64,000 bases of DNA from Deltaproteobacteria bacterium (GCA_016930775.1 JAFGGB010000019.1:3787-67786), one strand, 5' to 3'; positions 8,916 to 19,694 are shown, counted from the stretch's first letter. Notes: generated from the letters alone by a model not told the origin. Made by a program: numbers and translations.

Positions 8916-11147
8916 ATGAAAAAGGGTTCTTCCGTTATGATGGCGCCCGGATTAACCAAGAACGCGATGACAGTTCTTGCTCGGCGCTATCTGAAACGAG
9001 ATAAGGAAGGAAAAGTGTTGGAAACGCCGGCCGAACTGTTCCGGCGAGTGGCGAACGCCATTGCCGCCGCCGACGGCAAATTTGATCCGAAGAACGATAT
9101 CGCCGAATCGGCAATGAAATTCTATTCGATGATGGCCGGTCTTGAGTTTGTGCCAAATTCGCCGACACTGATGAATGCCGGACGGGAACTCGGCCAACTC
9201 TCCGCCTGTTTCGTTCTCCCTGTCGGCGATTCCATGGAAGAAATATTCGATGCCGTGAAGTATACAGCCCTCATTCACAAATCCGGCGGAGGTACGGGAT
9301 TTTCCTTTTCACGGCTCCGTCCCGCCAACGATGTGGTCAAGACAACCACCGGCGTTTCAAGCGGCCCAATTTCTTTTATGAGGGTTTTTGACGTGGCTAC
9401 TGAGACGATAAAGCAGGGCGGAACGCGCCGTGGTGCAAACATGGGCATTTTGCGGGTCGATCATCCGGACATCATGGATTTCATCATGTGCAAGGCAGAC
9501 AAGAAGCAGTTGAATAATTTTAATATTTCCGTTGGGTTGACGGAAGACTTCATGACAGCGCTGAAGAATGACGATAATTACAACCTGATCAATCCACGCA
9601 GCGGCGAGATTCACGGCAACCTGAATGCGCAGAAAGTCTTCAACCGGATTGTGACCCAGGCATGGAAAAACGGGGAGCCGGGCATTGTTTTTCTCGATCG
9701 GCTAAACCGAGACAATCCAACGCCTCAATTAGGAGTGATTGAATCGACCAATCCCTGCGGGGAGCAACCGTTGCTGCCCTACGAGTCGTGCAATCTGGGG
9801 TCGATCAACTTGGCGAAAATGGTAGCAAAGGGCGACATTTCATGGTCGCGTTTACGCGAGGTCGTCCGTCTGGCTGTTCATTTTCTCGATAATGTGGTGG
9901 AGGTTAATCGTTACCCTCTTAAGGAAATCGAGAGGCAAACTCTGGGAAATCGAAAAATAGGTCTTGGAGTTATGGGATGGGCGGACATGCTGATACAGCT
10001 CGGCATCCCCTACGATGCCGATGAAGCCGTCGGCTTGGCTGAAAAAGTGATGAAATTCATTAACGACGAGGGTCATGCCGCATCGAGAGAGCTTGCGCTG
10101 CAACGTGGTCAGTTCCCGAATTTTCCTGGTTCCCTCTTCGATCAAAGGGAAGAGCCGCCGATACGGAATGCCACGATCACGACCATAGCTCCTACCGGGA
10201 CCATTTCAATTATTGCCAACGCTTCATCGGGTGTGGAACCGATATTTGCCGTTTCATATGTTCGACAGGTTATGGATGACGATGTTTTGGTTGAGGTGCA
10301 CTCTCACTTCGAGAGAATCGCAAAGGAGAGAGGTTTTTACTCGCCCAGTTTGATGCAAAGCATTGCCGAGCATGGTTCCATTCGAGGGATGAAAGAGATT
10401 CCTGAAGATATTCAAAGGATTTTTGTTACTGCCCACGACATATCGCCGGAAGTGCATATCAGGATGCAGTCGGCCTTTCAGAAATATACCGACAATGCCG
10501 TCAGCAAAACCGTCAACTTCACGAACGGGGCCACGATCGACGATGTGACGACAGTGTATAGGCTTGCTTACGAACTCTGCTGCAAAGGCGTCACTATTTA
10601 TCGAGACGGTACGCGGGATAAGCAGGTCCTTTCCACGGGAACAAGGGATAAGGAATCTCCGCAGGCCGTTGTCGTAGAGGACCGGGGAGTGATCAAGCGG
10701 GAACGGCCCAAGGTTCTGAAAGGATGGACGTATCAAATGCAAACCGGCTGCGGGCCTCTCTATGTTACCGTTAACGAAGACAAAACCGGTCTCTTCGAGC
10801 TTTTTACCACAATGGGCAAGGCCGGCGGCTGCGCCGCCTCACAGTGCGAAGCGATCGGACGCATGGTATCGCTGGCCTGGCGAAGCGGGATTCAGGCGCG
10901 ACAGATCATAAAGCAGCTTCAGGGAATTTCCTGCCACTCGCCTTCGGGATTTGGTGAAAACAAAATATTATCCTGCGCCGATGCCGTTGCCAAGGCAATC
11001 CAGTCTCACATGGCGGCAAATGGCGATGGCGAAGTTCGGGAGAAGATGGCTTTTGTCAAAGGCGCCTGTCCCGACTGCGGAGGCATCATAGAGCACGAAG
11101 GAGGCTGCGCCGTCTGTCGTCTGTGCGGGTACAGCGAATGCGCGTAA
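8916..11147 (+). CDS. nrdJ: Class II (adenosylcobalamin-dependent) ribonucleotide reductase
   Basis: I place the start at ATG 8916 (AAGGAG RBS), not the ORF-track start at 8838. Supporting motifs: LTKNAMTVLARRYL, NSPTLMNAG, TNPCGEQPL, and a C-terminal Cys-rich tail CPDCGG..CAVCRLCGYSEC. Confidence 0.92.
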   Translation: MKKGSSVMMAPGLTKNAMTVLARRYLKRDKEGKVLETPAELFRRVANAIAAADGKFDPKNDIAESAMKFYSMMAGLEFVPNSPTLMNAGRELGQLSACFVLPVGDSMEEIFDAVKYTALIHKSGGGTGFSFSRLRPANDVVKTTTGVSSGPISFMRVFDVATETIKQGGTRRGANMGILRVDHPDIMDFIMCKADKKQLNNFNISVGLTEDFMTALKNDDNYNLINPRSGEIHGNLNAQKVFNRIVTQAWKNGEPGIVFLDRLNRDNPTPQLGVIESTNPCGEQPLLPYESCNLGSINLAKMVAKGDISWSRLREVVRLAVHFLDNVVEVNRYPLKEIERQTLGNRKIGLGVMGWADMLIQLGIPYDADEAVGLAEKVMKFINDEGHAASRELALQRGQFPNFPGSLFDQREEPPIRNATITTIAPTGTISIIANASSGVEPIFAVSYVRQVMDDDVLVEVHSHFERIAKERGFYSPSLMQSIAEHGSIRGMKEIPEDIQRIFVTAHDISPEVHIRMQSAFQKYTDNAVSKTVNFTNGATIDDVTTVYRLAYELCCKGVTIYRDGTRDKQVLSTGTRDKESPQAVVVEDRGVIKRERPKVLKGWTYQMQTGCGPLYVTVNEDKTGLFELFTTMGKAGGCAASQCEAIGRMVSLAWRSGIQARQIIKQLQGISCHSPSGFGENKILSCADAVAKAIQSHMAANGDGEVREKMAFVKGACPDCGGIIEHEGGCAVCRLCGYSECA

Positions 11148-11414
11148 GATGCATGTATCGGAATGAGAATGAACAACAGGGTGGGGGTTCGAGGACTCTT
11201 TTTATTCACAGTGCCTCTGGGCGGTCCGGGGCCCACGGTTTATGATGTCGCTCTGTTGTTTTTCAACGGCCTCCCATTGCATAATCTTAAAAATTTATGT
11301 AACCCTCCCGGTTCATCGAACGTCTATATAAATGACGACGAGTTGTCGGAAACGCTTCCTTCCGACGCTGAAAGCCGTCGTATGGCATGATATGATTCTA
11401 TGGGAGGTGATGCA

Positions 11415-12068
11415 ATGACGGATACATCAGAGACGATAAAAAGATTTTTTACCATATGCCTTATCGCCGTTTTTACCTTTGGTGTTCTTGCTGCGGGTAA
11501 CAATGCCTGGGCATTTCGCCATCCCGCGCCGTCGAGAAGTCATCATCGCGTATCAATTCACCCTCTACTGCCTTTGGGTTTCATGCTTTTGACTGTTGCA
11601 GGCATTCAATATTATTATCATAAAGGGTTGTACTATCAGCCGATTCCCACGGGTTATACGGTAGTGAGGGCGCCCCTTGGGGCTATTCTCCCGCAGTTGC
11701 CACCGGGATTTGTGACGTTTCAAAAAAACGGGACGGAGTATTTCTATTACGACGGCGTATACTACAATCGCGTTCCTTCGGGCTATATAGTCGTGAAAAG
11801 CCCTGCAGACTATCCAGTCGTTGATTCAACAGCAAGACCTCAGGCTTCTTCGCCAGCGATCGAGCAGGTTACGGTATCGAACTCTCTGTTAAATGTGAGA
11901 TCCGGACCCGGCATGAATCACCCTATCGTATCTCAGGTTTCTCTGGGAACTCTTTTGGAGGTTCACGGAAATGCGACCGACTGGCTCTTTGTCAGGTTGC
12001 CGTCTGGAGAATTCGGATGGGTAATGAAGAAATTTACTGCATCATCAACCGGTCCCGCCGAAGGGTAG
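11415..12068 (+). CDS. Membrane-anchored protein with duplicated Tyr-rich motif and C-terminal bacterial SH3 domain
   Basis: Start at the second ATG (GGAGGTG RBS). One N-terminal TM helix. Two copies of [YF]YY..G.YY...P.GY.VV..P. The C-terminus LNVRSGPGMNHPIVSQVSLGTLLEVHGNATDWLFVRLPSGEFGWV is SH3b-like. Confidence 0.7.
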   Translation: MTDTSETIKRFFTICLIAVFTFGVLAAGNNAWAFRHPAPSRSHHRVSIHPLLPLGFMLLTVAGIQYYYHKGLYYQPIPTGYTVVRAPLGAILPQLPPGFVTFQKNGTEYFYYDGVYYNRVPSGYIVVKSPADYPVVDSTARPQASSPAIEQVTVSNSLLNVRSGPGMNHPIVSQVSLGTLLEVHGNATDWLFVRLPSGEFGWVMKKFTASSTGPAEG

Positions 12069-12339
12069 ACGGAATCTGATATTTCATCGGATAGCATTCA
12101 TACAGTTGACCCCACGGAAAGAATGCTCCGGCACAGAAAACGTTGTCGTTCGCATCGTCGGATCGGAGCGGATCAAGGAAACCCTGACAATATTGAGCGA
12201 CAACCGGGTGAAGATCATGGGCAGAGAGCTCTATCACCATTGAAAGGCATCATCGGGAACCGCGACGGACGAGGGTGGGGGAGATCTGCCGAACAGCATA
12301 CATTGAAAAGACCCCCGGCTTCAGTGCGCGCTACATCCC

Positions 12340-13737
12340 TCACAGGCGGTACATGAACTGACAGATCCTTTGAAACATCGGCTTTTTTATTTTTTTCATC
12401 ATCCATTCCTCTGCGATTCGCTTGTTTAGAAGAGCTACGCTCGGAAAGGCGTGCTGCATGAGCATGATGTCATGGAGACGAATGTTCTTGTGCATGGCGA
12501 GGACATATTCGTGGATGATTTCGCTCGCTGATTCGCCGATCGCGACCACTCCATATATTTTGCCCCAGGAACTTGCGCAGACTTTTACGAATCCCGTCGT
12601 CTTTTCATCGGTAATCGTCCTGCCATAGTCGCCGTAATTCACCTTGATTACTTCGTGCTTGATTCCTTTGCCTTTCAATTCCTCTTCGGACATGCCTACC
12701 TGTGCGACCTCCGGTTCGGTGAATACGGACCAGGGAACGACGTACTTGCTGAATTTTAATTTAAAAGGGAGCATAGAATTCATGAGGGCCAGCATGCCCT
12801 GATGCATCGCCGCATGGCTGAGAAGAAACTTGCCGTTGCAGTCTCCGACCGCCCAGACATGTTTTACATTGGTTCTGCCGTAATCGTCGGCAACAATGCC
12901 GCGTTTGTCGTAGCGTATGCCCGCTGTGTCGAGATCGAGAGATCCTATGGCCGGTTTTCTGCCAGCAGCGACGAGGAGTTTTTCCGCCATGAACTCTCCC
13001 GTGTCCGTTTCTACGGCGATCAGTTTCCCTTTCCGACGGATCGATTTTATGGCGGCTTTGTTGTAAACCTTTATTCCCTCAGCCGTGAGGATTTCCTCCA
13101 GCAGCCTCGCCGCTTCCTCGTCAGCCATGGGAAGAAGATGGGGGTCCATGTGGGCCATCACGATCTTCGTCCCCAGACGACTGAAAGCCTGCGCCATTTC
13201 GCTGCCGATCGCCCCTCCGCCGATTATGAACATCGATTCAGGCATTTCCTCGAGGTTAAAGAGATTTTCGTTGGTGAGATACTCAACAGTGTCGATGCCG
13301 GGAATCGGGGGCACGGCCGGCATGGTTCCCGTGCATATATAGATGTTGCGAGCCCGATAGGCTGCGCCGTCGACCTCAACGGTTCGGGAATCGACGAAAC
13401 GGGCGCCGCCTTTGCCAATAATCAGTTTGACCTTCTCGAACATTTTTACGGTTTTCTCTTCGTTGATATACTTCAGGTGAGACTGCACCCGTTCGAAGGG
13501 CTTGCAGACCTCAGGCACGTCGGTTTTCTGAAGGCCATAGCGCTCCGCTTCCCGAATAGCATTTCTTATATATGCTGATTTCAAAAGAGCCTTGCTGGGT
13601 ATGCAACCGCAATTGAGGCACTCGCCGCCAATCTTCTTTTTTTCGATGGCAAGCACATTAAGACCCATGGCCGAGCCCATTGCTGAAAGAGCCATCCCCG
13701 CCGGTCCCATGCCTATGACGATCATGTCGTGTTCCAT
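12340..13737 (-). CDS. FAD-dependent pyridine nucleotide-disulfide oxidoreductase (dihydrolipoyl dehydrogenase / mercuric reductase-like class I)
   Basis: Start at ATG 13737 (AAGGAGG RBS). Motifs: VIGMGPAGM, redox motif GGECLNCGCIPSK, second Rossmann fold IIGGGAIGSEMAQ, and a C-terminal dimerisation region. Confidence 0.87.
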   Translation of the reverse strand: MEHDMIVIGMGPAGMALSAMGSAMGLNVLAIEKKKIGGECLNCGCIPSKALLKSAYIRNAIREAERYGLQKTDVPEVCKPFERVQSHLKYINEEKTVKMFEKVKLIIGKGGARFVDSRTVEVDGAAYRARNIYICTGTMPAVPPIPGIDTVEYLTNENLFNLEEMPESMFIIGGGAIGSEMAQAFSRLGTKIVMAHMDPHLLPMADEEAARLLEEILTAEGIKVYNKAAIKSIRRKGKLIAVETDTGEFMAEKLLVAAGRKPAIGSLDLDTAGIRYDKRGIVADDYGRTNVKHVWAVGDCNGKFLLSHAAMHQGMLALMNSMLPFKLKFSKYVVPWSVFTEPEVAQVGMSEEELKGKGIKHEVIKVNYGDYGRTITDEKTTGFVKVCASSWGKIYGVVAIGESASEIIHEYVLAMHKNIRLHDIMLMQHAFPSVALLNKRIAEEWMMKKIKKPMFQRICQFMYRL

Positions 13738-14204
13738 GGAAATCCTCCTTGTTCCTGCTTCCCTCGATGAAAAGCCTGTCGGCAGTTCATTGCGGTAAAT
13801 CTGCATATGAATAAACGAATGTCACTATAGAATAAATTCAGGCTGGGCTCAAACAATAAGGTGATGGAGCAATTCCGAATCGTGGTGAATGTTTCTGCAA
13901 TGATATGTCGTTAGATGAGATCTTTCATTTTCCGACGTATGCCTTCTGAAAGCCTGTTGAAACAAATTTCATTGCGACTGGACCGGCGGTGAATTCTTGG
14001 CTATAACTGTTTTGCTGTATATCCGACTGGAAGGGAGAGAGCGCGATGCTCCGGTATGTGGGAGCGGAATTTCTTGAAGGTATTTTTTAGACGTCGCGCC
14101 GGAACAGAAAATTGTAAAATCTGACAATTATCAAGGGCGAGAAGATTGCTGTTTGAAAATCTTGCCTGGATGGAAAGCGACAGAGAAATCAGGAAAGGAC
14201 ATTC

Positions 14205-16073
14205 ATGAGGGAAGACGCATTGTGGGGCTACATGGGGAAAATTCTAAGGGTCGATTTAACGACAGGAACGATCCGGGAAGAACCGTTGGAATCCGGGATG
14301 GCAGAGAAGTATCTCGGCGGCACGGGATTCGGTGCAGAGTTTCTTTACCGCGAGGTTCCGCCGGGCGTGGAATGGGATGACCCGGAAAACCGTATAATCA
14401 TGGCCTCAGGTCCTATGGGGGGTGCAACAGTTGCAGGCGCCGGGGCCTTTTCTCTGGTTACGAAAGGTCCCATGACCAATTTGGCGGTGACGACGCAGGC
14501 CAACGGTTTTTGGGGGGCCTTCATCAAATTTGCCGGATATGACGCAGTGATCATCCAGGGTCGATCGCCCCGGTGGGTCTATCTCCATATCGAAGAAGGA
14601 AAGGTTCAGCTCCGGGATGCCTCTTCAATGATCGGCAGGGACACCTGGGAAATGGAGGATGTCATCCGGGAAGACATTGGAGCGAAGAGGATGATAAGTG
14701 TTTTCGGCATCGGCCCGGCAGGGGAAAATAAAGTCCGCTATGCCGTTGTGGCCGGCGATAAGGGACACGTTTGTTCAAAAAACGGCTGCGGCGCCGTCAT
14801 GGGTTCGAAGCTCCTGAAAGCAGTCTGCGTTGAACGGGGTCGCCGATCGATTCCCATTTACAATAAGGAGTTCCTTCGCGAAAGCGCACAGGCTCTCCTG
14901 AAAGCGGCGAAAGAACACAAAGGAGGGCAGCTTTATAACTGGGGAACGGGGGGCGCTTTTTCCAGCCATGCGAAGGCCGGCAGCCTCCCTGTTCGCAATT
15001 ACACTACAAATGTCTTTCTGGAACACGAAGGCATGAACGGTCAGTATTTCAGGACGCATTTGGAGCATCGGGACAAGCCCTGCTGGGCCTGCGGCATGGT
15101 TCACACGAAATTCATAAAGGTCGCGAAGGGCCCGTATGCAGGCGTTGAAGGAGAGGAGCCCGAGTATGAATGCATGGCCGCCTGGGGTCCGCTCATCGGA
15201 AATACCGATCCCGGCGCCGTGGTGATGCTTACAAACTTGACGGACCGCCTTGGTTTGGATGCCAATGAGGCGGGGTGGGTCGTGGCCTGGGTGATGGAAT
15301 GCTATGAGAGAGGGATATTGACTCGCCACGATCTGGACGGCCTTGACATGCAATGGGGGAATGTGGAGGCCGTCAAAGAGCTCCTTACAAAGATCAGCAT
15401 GAGGCAGGGAATAGGGGATTTGTTGGCCGAAGGAGTGATGCGGGCCTCCGAAAAGATCGGAGGGGAAGCTTCGAAAATGGGAGTCTACGTCCTGAAGGGC
15501 GCCACGCCGAGAGGGCACGATCACCGGGCCATTTGGTCGGAAATGCTCGATACCTGTATCTCGGCGACAGGGACTCTCCAGTCCGGCGCACGCATGATCA
15601 ACCCGGCCCATTTTGGCCTGCCGTCTGTCGACAATCCTTTTTCTCCCTGGGAGGTTGCTGGATTGAACGCCAAGCTGGAAGGGTGGTTCGTTTTCCTCGA
15701 CAGTCTCCCGATCTGTCGTTTAATAACCATTGAGCCGTCTTTGACAATGAAGTGCCTGACCGCAATCACCGGAAAGGACTTTCAGGTGTCCGACGCTTGT
15801 ACGATCGGGCGCAGGATTATCAATTTGCTCCGTGTTTTTAACTTCCGTCACGGATTGAATCCTTCGCTGGAAGCGCCGTCGGTTCGCTACGGTTCCACGC
15901 CCGTCGACGGACCAGCGCAAGGCAAGACCATTGCCCCTCATTTTCAATGGATGAAAAGTTTTTATTTCGAGCTCATGGGGTGGGAACCTTCAACGGGGAA
16001 ACCGCTTTCCCACGTTCTCGCTTCTCTCGGTCTGGAGAAGCTCATCGGCGACCTGGAAGAGCGACAGGAATAG
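14205..16073 (+). CDS. aor: Tungsten-type aldehyde:ferredoxin oxidoreductase (AOR family), copy 2
   Basis: 622 aa. GKILRVDLTTG...YLGGTGFGAEF, with the same family layout as copy 1 but clearly divergent in sequence. Confidence 0.92.
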   Translation: MREDALWGYMGKILRVDLTTGTIREEPLESGMAEKYLGGTGFGAEFLYREVPPGVEWDDPENRIIMASGPMGGATVAGAGAFSLVTKGPMTNLAVTTQANGFWGAFIKFAGYDAVIIQGRSPRWVYLHIEEGKVQLRDASSMIGRDTWEMEDVIREDIGAKRMISVFGIGPAGENKVRYAVVAGDKGHVCSKNGCGAVMGSKLLKAVCVERGRRSIPIYNKEFLRESAQALLKAAKEHKGGQLYNWGTGGAFSSHAKAGSLPVRNYTTNVFLEHEGMNGQYFRTHLEHRDKPCWACGMVHTKFIKVAKGPYAGVEGEEPEYECMAAWGPLIGNTDPGAVVMLTNLTDRLGLDANEAGWVVAWVMECYERGILTRHDLDGLDMQWGNVEAVKELLTKISMRQGIGDLLAEGVMRASEKIGGEASKMGVYVLKGATPRGHDHRAIWSEMLDTCISATGTLQSGARMINPAHFGLPSVDNPFSPWEVAGLNAKLEGWFVFLDSLPICRLITIEPSLTMKCLTAITGKDFQVSDACTIGRRIINLLRVFNFRHGLNPSLEAPSVRYGSTPVDGPAQGKTIAPHFQWMKSFYFELMGWEPSTGKPLSHVLASLGLEKLIGDLEERQE

Positions 16074-16100
16074 TGGTGTATAATCGCATGCGCAATCGCA

Positions 16101-16118
16101 CGGGGCCTTGCGGCCCCG
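16101..16118. terminator. GC-rich hairpin between convergent AOR2 and MaoC genes
   Basis: CGGGGCC-TTGC-GGCCCCG. The flanking U-runs are weak, so terminator function is tentative. Confidence 0.4.
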
Positions 16119-16156
16119 CGCGATTTACGGACATATTGTTTTTTTAGATCATGTCT

Positions 16157-16543
16157 CTAGAGCTTCTTGATTCTCGCCGTTCCCGTAAGCACGGCCTCTT
16201 TATTGATGTTTCTGGCGGTACAGGAGAGCCAGAGGATTCCTTTTTCATCGACCTTTTCAACAATCGCTTCCCACTCGATGGTGTCGCCGATGAATACGGG
16301 TTTTTTGAAGGAGACCTCCTGGCTGAGGTATATGTGGCCTGCGAAATACCGGCCGATTATAGTGGAAAAGAAACCTGCAGTGAGCATGCCGTAAACGAGA
16401 CGCTTCTTGAATACGGTCTCCTTGACGAATTCCTCGTCGATGTGCCATGAACTGGAATCACCGATGATGCCGCCGAAGAGATAGACGTCCGATTCCGAAA
16501 TCGTCTTCCGGATACGGTAGGTCGTTCCTGGTTCGTTGTTCAT
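16157..16543 (-). CDS. MaoC-like (R)-specific enoyl-CoA hydratase / hotdog-fold dehydratase
   Basis: 128 aa. Segments FGGIIGDSSSWHIDEEF ... VYGMLTAGFFSTIIG ... VSFKKPVFIGDT match the family. AGGAGG RBS. Confidence 0.86.
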   Translation of the reverse strand: MNNEPGTTYRIRKTISESDVYLFGGIIGDSSSWHIDEEFVKETVFKKRLVYGMLTAGFFSTIIGRYFAGHIYLSQEVSFKKPVFIGDTIEWEAIVEKVDEKGILWLSCTARNINKEAVLTGTARIKKL

Positions 16544-16596
16544 TCTGAGAAACCTCCTGAGATATTTCGATCGTATATTGAATTAACAATCATTGC

Positions 16597-17961
16597 TCAG
16601 CGGTCGACCTTGATAAGCATGGAATCGCCCTGGGCATGGCCTGAACATATACCGCAAATTCCGATGCCGCCGCCTCTGCGCTTGAGTTCATAGGCGAGCG
16701 TCATGACGATTCTCGCTCCCGTCGCGCCGATAGGATGACCGTAGGCGATGGCGCTTCCATTCACGTTCACCTTTTTGAACATTTCCTCCTTCGACATGCC
16801 GAGGATCGAACGGGCGCTCACCAGGACGACGGCCGCAAAGGCTTCGTTGATCTCGATGAGGTCAACCTGATCGAGGGTCATGCCGTTCTGATCGAGAATC
16901 TTCTTGATAGCCAGTCCCGGAACGGTGGCAATGTCCTTCACGGGCTGAGAAACCTCGGCATAATCCAGTATGGTGAAGAGGGGCTTCAGGCCAAGTTCGT
17001 CGGCCTTTTCTCTGCTCATGACGAGGCAGACGTCGCCGCCGTCGTTCACGCCGGGGGCGTTTCCCGCCGTGACGCTGCCGAGGGCGCCCGTTACGGGGCT
17101 CTTATGATTGAAGACGGGCGCCAGTTTCGCCAGTCCTTCTCGAGTAGTCTCCGGCCGCGGACCTTCGTCCTTGTCCATGACAACATTATTCTTGCCCTGC
17201 CGGCAGAGTACGGGGAATATCTCGTCATCAAGCATTCCCGTTTTCATGGCCTCCACAGCCGCCGTCTGCGACCGGTAGGCCCATTCGTCCTGATCTTCCC
17301 GTGTGAAGCCGAATTCATCGGCCACCTCGGACCCGTGGATCGCCATGTGACGGTTGTAAAAGGCGTCCCAGAGGCCGTCGTAGACCATGAGATCCACAGC
17401 GGGCGACGTGGGTACGCCCATCCGGACGCCCCAGCGCATCCCCGGCAGGCCGTAGGGACAGTTGCTCATGCTTTCTTGACCGCCGGCAATGCAGATTTCA
17501 GCCCGTCCGAGCTGGATCATCTGAACAGCCAGATCAATGGGTTTGATCCCCGATGAGCAGACCTTGTTGATCGTAATTGACGGCGCCGATTCGGGAATGC
17601 CCGCGAGGATCGAAGCCTGACGGCTCGGCACCTGACCGCAGCCTGCCGTAACGACCTGTCCCATGAAGATGTAGTCCACATCCGCCGGCTTGACCTTGCC
17701 GCCGGTCCTTCTCAGCGCTTCCTTTATAGCCATAGCGCCCAGTTCAGGCGCCGTAAAATTCTTCAGCATTCCGCCGAAGCGCCCATAAGGCGTCCTGCAT
17801 GCCTCGACGACCACGACCTCCCGCATAAGTTGAAAGGTGTTGGCAATCTTCCGCCCCATGGTCGAAAAATCGGGCTTCCGCTCTCCGAATTTGGCCACAG
17901 GCGCTTTTGCATAAACCTCAGCCCGCGTCTTCTCCAATGACTGCGCCACTTTTTCCATCAT
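16597..17961 (-). CDS. Acetyl-CoA acetyltransferase (thiolase) with ~45-aa N-terminal extension
   Basis: Motifs NKVCSSG (active-site Cys) and NGSAIAYGHPIGATGARI. The core begins at VVVVEACRTPYG. A GGAG RBS supports the long form; the internal Met at 17826 has no RBS. Confidence 0.9.
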   Translation of the reverse strand: MMEKVAQSLEKTRAEVYAKAPVAKFGERKPDFSTMGRKIANTFQLMREVVVVEACRTPYGRFGGMLKNFTAPELGAMAIKEALRRTGGKVKPADVDYIFMGQVVTAGCGQVPSRQASILAGIPESAPSITINKVCSSGIKPIDLAVQMIQLGRAEICIAGGQESMSNCPYGLPGMRWGVRMGVPTSPAVDLMVYDGLWDAFYNRHMAIHGSEVADEFGFTREDQDEWAYRSQTAAVEAMKTGMLDDEIFPVLCRQGKNNVVMDKDEGPRPETTREGLAKLAPVFNHKSPVTGALGSVTAGNAPGVNDGGDVCLVMSREKADELGLKPLFTILDYAEVSQPVKDIATVPGLAIKKILDQNGMTLDQVDLIEINEAFAAVVLVSARSILGMSKEEMFKKVNVNGSAIAYGHPIGATGARIVMTLAYELKRRGGGIGICGICSGHAQGDSMLIKVDR

Positions 17962-18103
17962 ATCGCTCCATTTGAATTATTTTTCACTTCGTTTGTTGTT
18001 GTTCGGCTTCAAACGCCGGGCAAAAAACAGCCTCGGGATGGGCGGGGCAAGCAAAATATTTCAAAATAACCCGGATTTCTCATTGCCCTGTCCGTCAATA
18101 TGA

Positions 18104-18910
18104 TCAGCCCGCCGAAAAACGCCGAATAATTCCTCCGTCAACAACCAGCTCTGTGCCGGTTATGTATTGCGCTTCGTCGGACGCCAAAAAGAGAGCTGCA
18201 TGGGCTACGTCCCAACCAGTTCCCATTTTGCCCGTTGGGCATATGGCGTTTCGTTTATCGATCATCTTATCGATATCGCCGCCGGCGTAGTGCGCTTTAA
18301 GCGGCTCCTGTATCATCGGCGTATTCATCAGCCCCGGCAGTATGGAGTTCGCCCTGATGTTCTTGCCGGCGTATTCCATGGCTATATCGACGGTCAACGC
18401 AGTTATCGCGGCCTTCGACGCCATGTAGGGAGAACAGGGATATCCCAGGTATCTCACGCTTCCTATGGAAGAAATGTTGATGATGGCGCCTCCGCCCTGT
18501 CGTTCCATGTGAGGCAGAACGTATTTGCAGGTTAAAAACTGACTCTTGAGGTTGACGTTCATCACCTTGTCCCAGGTCTTTTCATCGAGTTCGGCGATTC
18601 CTTTCGCCACGACAATTCCCACATTGTTGTGCAGTATGTCGATTTTTCCAAAGGCCGCCAGGCAGGCGTCAACCATCGCGGCGACTTGCTTCGAATCCGT
18701 CACGTCGGCGTTGAATATTTCACAAGCGCCGCCCTCGTTGTTTATGATGTTTTTAGTCTCAAGCGCCGCCTCTCGATTCATATCGACGGCAAAAACTTTC
18801 GCACCCTCGCGGGCAAACAGAACGGCCGTTGCCTTTCCGTTGCCCCAGCCCGGTCCAACAGATCCGGCCCCGACAATAATGGCGACTTTATCCTGTAATC
18901 TCTTTCCCAT
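18104..18910 (-). CDS. Short-chain dehydrogenase/reductase (3-hydroxyacid/3-hydroxybutyrate dehydrogenase-like)
   Basis: Start moved to ATG 18910 (GGAGG RBS); the ORF-track start at 19078 would overlap the upstream gene. Motifs: VAIIVGAGSVGPGWG and the catalytic Y..ASK. Confidence 0.88.
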   Translation of the reverse strand: MGKRLQDKVAIIVGAGSVGPGWGNGKATAVLFAREGAKVFAVDMNREAALETKNIINNEGGACEIFNADVTDSKQVAAMVDACLAAFGKIDILHNNVGIVVAKGIAELDEKTWDKVMNVNLKSQFLTCKYVLPHMERQGGGAIINISSIGSVRYLGYPCSPYMASKAAITALTVDIAMEYAGKNIRANSILPGLMNTPMIQEPLKAHYAGGDIDKMIDKRNAICPTGKMGTGWDVAHAALFLASDEAQYITGTELVVDGGIIRRFSAG

Positions 18911-19031
18911 GGTAGACCTCCTTGCATATGAAAGGTTTGAGGCGGCGGTACGATTGCCCGGATTCGCCTCGTATTTTTCTATGGAAACGATGCCGATCCT
19001 TGGGGACCGGCATCGCGCCAAACCGATACAA

Positions 19032-19694
19032 TCATAAAGCCATCTGGGGCACCGATTTCGGTACAATGAGAGGAGCATCGGTCAGCCGGACCACTTCTTC
19101 CGCGGAGACGCCCGGACCGGTTTCTCGAAGAACGGCCCCTTCAGGCGTGATCTCCACCAGCGCCAGTTCCGTAACAATGTAATCGACGACCTTGACTCCT
19201 GTCAACGGGAAGGTGCACCGCTTCATTATCTTTGAGCTGCCGTCTTTCGACGAGTGGGTCGTGGCGACCACAACCTTTTTTGCGCCGGTAACGAGATCCA
19301 TGGCGCCCCCCATTCCCGGCAGGGGACCGCCCGGGACCATCCAGTTTGCCAGATTTCCTTCGATGTCCACCTGGAGGGCGCCGAGAACGGTGTAATCGAG
19401 GTGGCCGCCTCGAATGATACCGAAGGAAAGAGTGGTGTCGAAGGTGCAGCCGCCTGGAAGTATCGTGCAGTGAAGCTTGCTGGCATCTACAAAGAAGGGA
19501 TCTTCTTTGCCGGGTTTCGCCGGAGGACCGCTTCCGATTATGCCGTTCTCTGCATGAAGCCATACCGTCACTCCGGCGGGAACATGTTTCGGAACAAGCC
19601 CGGGGATGCCTACGCCCAGATTGACCAAGTCCCCGTCTTTGAACATCAAGGCAATTCGTTTCGTTATTATATCTTTTGGACCAAGTTGACTCAT
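19032..19694 (-). CDS. 3-oxoacid/acetate CoA-transferase subunit B
   Basis: 220 aa. DGDLVNLGVGIPGL and LHAENGIIGSGP (the catalytic Glu motif). Confidence 0.92.
   Translation of the reverse strand: MSQLGPKDIITKRIALMFKDGDLVNLGVGIPGLVPKHVPAGVTVWLHAENGIIGSGPPAKPGKEDPFFVDASKLHCTILPGGCTFDTTLSFGIIRGGHLDYTVLGALQVDIEGNLANWMVPGGPLPGMGGAMDLVTGAKKVVVATTHSSKDGSSKIMKRCTFPLTGVKVVDYIVTELALVEITPEGAVLRETGPGVSAEEVVRLTDAPLIVPKSVPQMAL

Noticed and set aside
12034-12240. 68-aa minus-strand ORF in the gap after the SH3 gene
   Set aside because: It has no RBS (CCTTTCA precedes the ATG), overlaps the convergent gene end by 35 nt and matches no recognisable family.
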